Assembly (NCBI GenBank): GCA_965267185.1
Contig: OZ253937.1
Coordinates: 720,909 to 784,908, forward strand
From: Alphaproteobacteria bacterium
GTDB lineage: Bacteria > Pseudomonadota > Alphaproteobacteria > UBA6615
DNA length: 64,000 nucleotides
Direction of reading: 5' to 3'
Below are positions 59,442 to 64,000 of the stretch, piece after piece (position 1 is the first letter of the stretch; each line of letters begins with the position of its first letter). The notes beneath the pieces are model-generated. The model was given only the letters and a program-made list of their open reading frames with translations, was not told the DNA's origin and did not search any database. A program made the translations under genes and the position numbers.

Positions 59442-60383
59442 TTATTCGATCTCCACAGCGTAAGTATCGACCGGCGGCGGGGTTTCGATCATGCCCTGGC
59501 CTTTGAGGAACTCAGCGAAGCGGGCATAGCGGCCTTCGTCCAAGGCCGCGGGCCGCAAAGCAAACCGCGGCAGCGTATCGCGCCAGGCGCGCCGGTTGAG
59601 CTCGTCGTCGAGCTCCTTGCGGCCCTTGATGAAGAGCTCCCACGCCGCGTCGGGGTGGTTAATCATGTATTGAGTGCCGGCTTCGACCGCGTCGAGAAAT
59701 GCGCGCAGCTTCGTGGGCTCTAGCCGGTCGCTCTTCGCCACCAAAATCAACTCGTCGTAAGCCGGAATGCCTTCCTCTTCGAGGTAGAACGCGCGGCCGG
59801 GCCGTCCTTCGATATCCATCTGGTTGAGTTCGAAGTTGCGGAACGCACCGATCACCGCATCCACCTGGCCGCTCATCAGCGAGGGCGAGAGCGAGAAATT
59901 CACGTTGATCAGCTCCACATCGTCGAGCGACAACCCGTGTTTGGCGAGCATGGCGCCGAGCAATGCGTCTTCGAAGCCGCCCACCGAAAAACCGACCTTG
60001 CGGCCCTTCAAATCGGCGATCGAGCGGATCGGGCTGTCATCCAGTACGACAAGCGAATTGAGCGGTGTTGCCACCAGCGTGCCAATGCGCGTGAGCGGCA
60101 GTCCCGCTTCCACCTGCAGATGGAGCTGCGGCTGATAGGAGACGGCGATATCGGCGCGCCCCGCGGCAACCAGCTTGGGCGGGTCGTTGGGGTCGGCGGG
60201 CGCGACGAACTCGACCTCGAGGCCGCGCTTGGCGAACTCGCCGCGCTCGAGGGCGACGTATAAGGGCCCGTGATCGGGATTGATGAACCAGTCGAGCAGA
60301 ACGGTGAGCTTCTCTGCCGCGCTCGCGGGTCCGGAAGCCAGGATGAGGCCGGCGCTCAACAGGGATATCAAAATTCGCTTCAT
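59442..60383 (-). CDS. ABC transporter substrate-binding protein (NMT1/THI5-like, ThiY-like)
   Basis: Signal peptide MKRILISLLSAGLILASGPASA; NMT1/ThiY-like fold sequence (…TVLLDWFINPDHGPLYVALERGEF…). Confidence 0.8.
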   Translation of the reverse strand: MKRILISLLSAGLILASGPASAAEKLTVLLDWFINPDHGPLYVALERGEFAKRGLEVEFVAPADPNDPPKLVAAGRADIAVSYQPQLHLQVEAGLPLTRIGTLVATPLNSLVVLDDSPIRSIADLKGRKVGFSVGGFEDALLGAMLAKHGLSLDDVELINVNFSLSPSLMSGQVDAVIGAFRNFELNQMDIEGRPGRAFYLEEEGIPAYDELILVAKSDRLEPTKLRAFLDAVEAGTQYMINHPDAAWELFIKGRKELDDELNRRAWRDTLPRFALRPAALDEGRYARFAEFLKGQGMIETPPPVDTYAVEIE

Positions 60384-60406
60384 GTACTTGCTCCGAGTAA
60401 CAGGGG

Positions 60407-61165
60407 TTAAGTGATGCGAGCCGGGTCACTTTCCGGCTGCCACGTGATGACGCGGCGCAGGAGGGCGTCGACGCTGAAGTAGATGGCGGTGGCGGCGAGC
60501 GCCAAGACGAAGAGGGCGGCGAACATGGCGTCGGTTTGCACCCGCCCATTCATCAGCAACATGTAGTAGCCGAGCCCTGCCGACGAGCCGACCCATTCGC
60601 CGACGACCGCGCCGATGGGCGCCACGGCGGCGGCGACGCGAAGCCCCGAGGCGAAGGCGGGGAGGGCGCCCGGTATACGGATTTGCCGCAAGGTGGCCCA
60701 TTTCGACGCGCCCATGGTTTGGGCCAAGTCGAGCCAGCCCGGCTCGGTACGCCGTAATCCGTCGTAGAACGCCGCGGTCACCGGGAAAAAAATGATCAGC
60801 GTCGCCATCACCACCTTCGGAGCGACGCCGTAGCCGAACCACAGCACCAGAACCGGTGCTAGCGCGAAAACCGGGATCGCCTGGGAGACCACCAGCACCG
60901 GCAAAATCCACGACCGGGCGGGGCGAAAGTAAGCCATGGTGAGGGCGCTCAGCGCGCCGAAGACGGTACCGAAAACAAGCCCGAGGAAGATCTCGATGAT
61001 GGTAACGCCAGCATGCTTGGCAAGGACATCGGCACGTTCGATCGCCGTGAGCAACACATCGGCCGGGGCGGGCAGAATGAACGGCGCAACGCCGAACAGG
61101 CTGACAACGGCCTGCCACAGCACCAGCAGACCGAGGAACACGATGAGGGGCCGCACGAGTTTCAT
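60407..61165 (-). CDS. ABC transporter permease (NitT/TauT family)
   Basis: Start MKLVRPLIVFLG at 61165, ATGA overlap with the upstream ATPase. The 61330 extension is rejected. Confidence 0.8.
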   Translation of the reverse strand: MKLVRPLIVFLGLLVLWQAVVSLFGVAPFILPAPADVLLTAIERADVLAKHAGVTIIEIFLGLVFGTVFGALSALTMAYFRPARSWILPVLVVSQAIPVFALAPVLVLWFGYGVAPKVVMATLIIFFPVTAAFYDGLRRTEPGWLDLAQTMGASKWATLRQIRIPGALPAFASGLRVAAAVAPIGAVVGEWVGSSAGLGYYMLLMNGRVQTDAMFAALFVLALAATAIYFSVDALLRRVITWQPESDPARIT

Positions 61166-62076
61166 GGGGCGGCTCCCGTGGCGGGTTCCGCCGCCGCGCG
61201 ACTGAGCTGCGATAACAACTGCTGGTGCAGGTCGCGCAAGGTGGGGTCGGTGGGGTCGCGCGGGGTATCGCCCGGCGGCAACATCTGCGGTCCGAGATAG
61301 GCTGGCCGTCCCGCCATTACATGGATGCAATGGCCCAGGCGCAGCGCCTCGAGAGGATCGTGGGTGACCAGCAGTACCGTGCGGTTCTGTAACAATCGCG
61401 CCGCCAGTTCCTGTAGCCGCGCCCGCGTAATCGCATCGACGGCGGAAAACGGTTCGTCCATCAACACAACAGGCCGGCCTTCCATCAGGGTGCGCGCCAA
61501 TGCCGCCCGCTGCCGCTGACCGCCCGACAATTCGGCCGGCGGCGCATCGGCCTTATCCTCGAGGCCGACATCGGACAATAACGAACCGACGCGCTGCGTA
61601 TCGGGCGTGCCACCGCGCAACCGGTCGCCGAGCGCGACATTTTCAGCTACCGAAAGCCAGGGCAGCAGCAAATCCTGTTGCGCCATCCAGGCGATGTTTT
61701 GATCGAGCGCCGAGCCATCCGAGGCGGCGATACGGGTTGCGGGGCCGGTCTCACTAAGCCCGGCGATCATGCGCAAAAGGGTCGATTTACCGACGCCGCT
61801 GGGGCCGAGGATACAGGTCCATCGGCCGCCGGTTATCCGGGCGGACAGATTGTCGAATAATAGCGTATCGGCATAGGCCAAGCGGGCATTGGCGATTTGA
61901 AGGCCAATGGCGCTCTCTGTCTTATCCAGGTTGCCGGGGCTATCGCTCGCTTGCGCGCCGTCGTCTCGCATTACCACCCATCCCTTCGCCGGTACTAGCC
62001 GGATCAGGTTCCAGGGGTCGTCCCGCCAATCGAGACCTCTCAGCCGGTATACGGCTCCCCCAGGTGAGGTGCGCAC
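61162..62076 (-). CDS. ABC transporter ATP-binding protein (NitT/TauT family)
   Basis: GPSGVGKSTLL, LSGGQRQRAALART, VLMDEPFSAVD. Start uncertain (GTG 62076 or ATG 61971). Confidence 0.85.
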   Translation of the reverse strand: MRTSPGGAVYRLRGLDWRDDPWNLIRLVPAKGWVVMRDDGAQASDSPGNLDKTESAIGLQIANARLAYADTLLFDNLSARITGGRWTCILGPSGVGKSTLLRMIAGLSETGPATRIAASDGSALDQNIAWMAQQDLLLPWLSVAENVALGDRLRGGTPDTQRVGSLLSDVGLEDKADAPPAELSGGQRQRAALARTLMEGRPVVLMDEPFSAVDAITRARLQELAARLLQNRTVLLVTHDPLEALRLGHCIHVMAGRPAYLGPQMLPPGDTPRDPTDPTLRDLHQQLLSQLSRAAAEPATGAAP

Positions 62077-62145
62077 TATGTCGGCCCCGGCCCCTCGTCG
62101 TCAATGGTCCGAGATTGATTCCTTGCTGTTGGTTGGACGCCGGAA

Positions 62146-62272
62146 AACCCTCTCCCTGAGGGAGAGGGTGGCGAACGCTAGTGAGCCGGGTGAGGGTTTA
62201 GGGACGGATAGAGGATATCCTGGATCTATCTTACCCCTCACCCCAACCCCTCTCCCCATGGGAGAGGGGCTT
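62146..62272 (-). repeat. REP/MITE-like nested palindromic element, copy 4 (reverse orientation)
   Basis: ACCCTCTCCC-TGA-GGGAGAGGGT...CCGGGTGAGGGTTTAGGGACGG...CCCCTCACCCC...CCCCTCTCCCC-ATG-GGAGAGGGG. Confidence 0.9.
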
Positions 62273-62403
62273 GGCGGCGATTTATCTTTCAGTACCGCTG
62301 CTATTACTGCATCGATCGTTTAGGAATCTAAGGATGCGTTGCGGCTAAATCTACTTGGACACAATCACGTGCGGCGATTGCAATCGCGCGCGCAGGCCGC
62401 TAG

Positions 62404-63612
62404 GTGGTTGGCATGCCAGACGCCGCGACCATGGCCCAGAGCGCGCTGACCTCAGGCCGTCCGCTATTTATCGGTAACGAAATTTACCGCCGGGCGAATT
62501 TCGGACCCAAGCATCCCCTGTCGGTGCCGCGGGTCCCGGCGACGATTGACCTAGTGCGTGCGCTCGATTGGCTGCCAGACGACGCCTATGTTGTCAGCTC
62601 CCAGGCAGCGCCGGAGGACCTGCTGCGTTTCCACGATGCCGGATATATCGACACGCTGCGGCGCGGTGAGCGCGACAAGGCGCTCCCCGCCGAGCTCAAG
62701 CAACGCCACAACCTGGGCAAGATGGAAAACCCGATCCACGACACCATGTACAGCCGGCCCGCAACCTCGGCGGGGGCAATGCTCGCAGCGGCCGATTTAC
62801 TGGCGGGCGCCGATTTAGCGGGCGAGGGGGGGCGTGCAATCGTCTACAGCCCGGCGGGCGGCACTCACCATGGCCGGCCCGACCGCGCCAGCGGGTTCTG
62901 CTATCTCAACGATCTTGCCTTGGCCATGCTGCGGCTACTCGATCAGGGCGTTGGCCGGATTTTCTATGTCGATTTCGACGCCCACCATGGCGACGGCGTT
63001 CAGGATGCCTTCCACGATGATGCGCGGGTTTTCACCTTGTCGATCCATGAGGGCGACCGGTGGCCGTTTACCGGAGTAGCGGAGGATCGGGCCGGCGGCC
63101 ATGCGTGCAATGTGCCGGTCCCACGCGATTTCAACGATGCCGAACTCGACATGATTGTCGAGCGGATCGTGGTGCCGCTCGGCCAGGCCTTGCGCCCCGA
63201 TGTGGTCGTTATCCAGTGCGGTGCCGATGCGTTGGCCGACGATCCTTTGAGCCGCCTCGAATTATCGAATAATGCGCTGTGGGACGCTGTCGGCCGTACC
63301 GCCGCGCTGGCAAACCGGGTGCTGGTGACCGGTGGCGGCGGTTACAACCCCTGGAGCGTTCCGCGCTGCTGGGCGGGTGTTTGGGCGACCCTCAACGGCT
63401 TCGAGATTCCTGAAAGGCTGCCGGCGCCCGCAGAAGCCGTGCTGAGGAGCCTCACCTGGTCGCGGGCGGCGGGGCGAAACCCGCCGGAACATTGGTTTAC
63501 GACCCTGGCTGATCCCGCCGACGGGCGGCCGGTGCGCGATGCGGTTCGACGAATTGTCGACACAGTTCGAGCGCATAATTTCGAGGAAACTATGGGTAGG
63601 GTGGCGCTGTGA
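62404..63612 (+). CDS. histone deacetylase-family amidohydrolase (AcuC/acetylpolyamine amidohydrolase-like)
   Basis: [25 protein letters not shown], zinc ligands D..H..D. The exact start is uncertain. Confidence 0.85.
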   Translation: MVGMPDAATMAQSALTSGRPLFIGNEIYRRANFGPKHPLSVPRVPATIDLVRALDWLPDDAYVVSSQAAPEDLLRFHDAGYIDTLRRGERDKALPAELKQRHNLGKMENPIHDTMYSRPATSAGAMLAAADLLAGADLAGEGGRAIVYSPAGGTHHGRPDRASGFCYLNDLALAMLRLLDQGVGRIFYVDFDAHHGDGVQDAFHDDARVFTLSIHEGDRWPFTGVAEDRAGGHACNVPVPRDFNDAELDMIVERIVVPLGQALRPDVVVIQCGADALADDPLSRLELSNNALWDAVGRTAALANRVLVTGGGGYNPWSVPRCWAGVWATLNGFEIPERLPAPAEAVLRSLTWSRAAGRNPPEHWFTTLADPADGRPVRDAVRRIVDTVRAHNFEETMGRVAL

Positions 63613-64000
63613 GGCGGTTGCGACGCATAACGGTTTTGGCGGTGGGTCTGATCATTGTTTGGATCGTTGCCGCCGACGCGCAAGGTGCCTTCGAACGCTC
63701 CGCGCTGACGATCGAAACCAGCGAGGAAAGCCATACCTTCAATATCGAGCTGGCGCTAACACCGGCGCAGCAGTCGCAGGGCCTGATGTTCCGCCGAAAA
63801 ATGGCCGCCGATGCCGGTATGCTGTTTTATCATCGGCGCGAGGTAGAGGTGCGCATGTGGATGCGCAACACCTTTCTGCCGCTGGATATGCTGTTTATCG
63901 ATTCAGACGGGCGGATCGTTCATATCGCCGAGCGAACCGTGCCGAAATCGCTTAAGACGATTTCTGCCGGCCGTCCGGTACGCGCGGTGTTGGAGGTAAA
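63609..64000 (+). CDS. DUF192 domain protein (partial, runs off the window)
   Basis: GTG overlaps the HDAC stop (GTGA). Signal/TM then [14 protein letters not shown]...GMLF...[16 protein letters not shown] (DUF192 consensus). Confidence 0.65.
   Translation, partial: MRRLRRITVLAVGLIIVWIVAADAQGAFERSALTIETSEESHTFNIELALTPAQQSQGLMFRRKMAADAGMLFYHRREVEVRMWMRNTFLPLDMLFIDSDGRIVHIAERTVPKSLKTISAGRPVRAVLEV

Noticed and set aside
62077-62145. TPP riboswitch upstream of the ThiY/NMT1-like ABC operon
   Set aside because: Neither strand contains the conserved CUGAGA / ACCUGAUCUGGAUAAUGCCAGCG core.

Overview
64-kb chromosomal segment with high GC content (about 62-65% by eye), with protein families most consistent with an alphaproteobacterium (inference). 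I annotate about 60 CDS. No rRNA, tRNA, CRISPR array, integrase or transposase gene was found. Blocks, in order: (1) 1-17 kb, a dense catabolic island of unknown substrate. It holds a BKACE beta-keto-acid cleavage enzyme, a thiolase, tandem acyl-CoA dehydrogenase paralogs, a CoA ligase, SDRs and several hydrolases, plus a MarR-GNAT fusion regulator whose start codon sits in a 41-bp perfect palindrome, and an IclR regulator. (2) 17-24 kb, a TauE/SafE permease, a hypothetical protein, and a four-gene ABC-2/GldG-like/DUF4340 module. (3) 24.0-24.3 kb, a MITE-like element. It is followed by an SDR and a membrane-anchored class III nucleotide cyclase with an inserted 2Fe-2S ferredoxin domain. (4) 27.6-28.8 kb, a TPR protein, an orphan flgC-like rod gene and a low-GC islet. 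(5) 28.8-41.6 kb, a complete form II (AYRGAGR-type) CoxSLM molybdenum hydroxylase cluster with coxDE, a split XdhC, a MoeA/MocA-type fusion and coxG. This cluster is interrupted by a low-GC island that encodes a membrane-anchored pentapeptide-repeat protein. (6) 41.7-44.9 kb, a TAXI-TRAP transporter. (7) 45.3-52.7 kb, a 10-gene Mrp-type cation/proton antiporter-like locus in non-canonical Mbh-like order (E-F-G-B'-B-C-D-D-x-D). MrpA is split, there are three NuoLMN-type subunits, and an extra small membrane ORF lies among them. (8) 52.8-64 kb, two NitT/TauT-type ABC systems, a GFA/HxlR pair, an Atm1-type exporter, a signal-peptide-less Serratia-family nuclease in a lower-GC patch, an HDAC-like amidohydrolase and a partial DUF192 gene. 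A family of ~127-bp nested-palindrome REP/MITE-like elements occurs four times, plus one C-rich architectural variant. All copies are intergenic. Many long ORFs in the six-frame track are antisense or alternate-frame artefacts of the high GC content and were not called.
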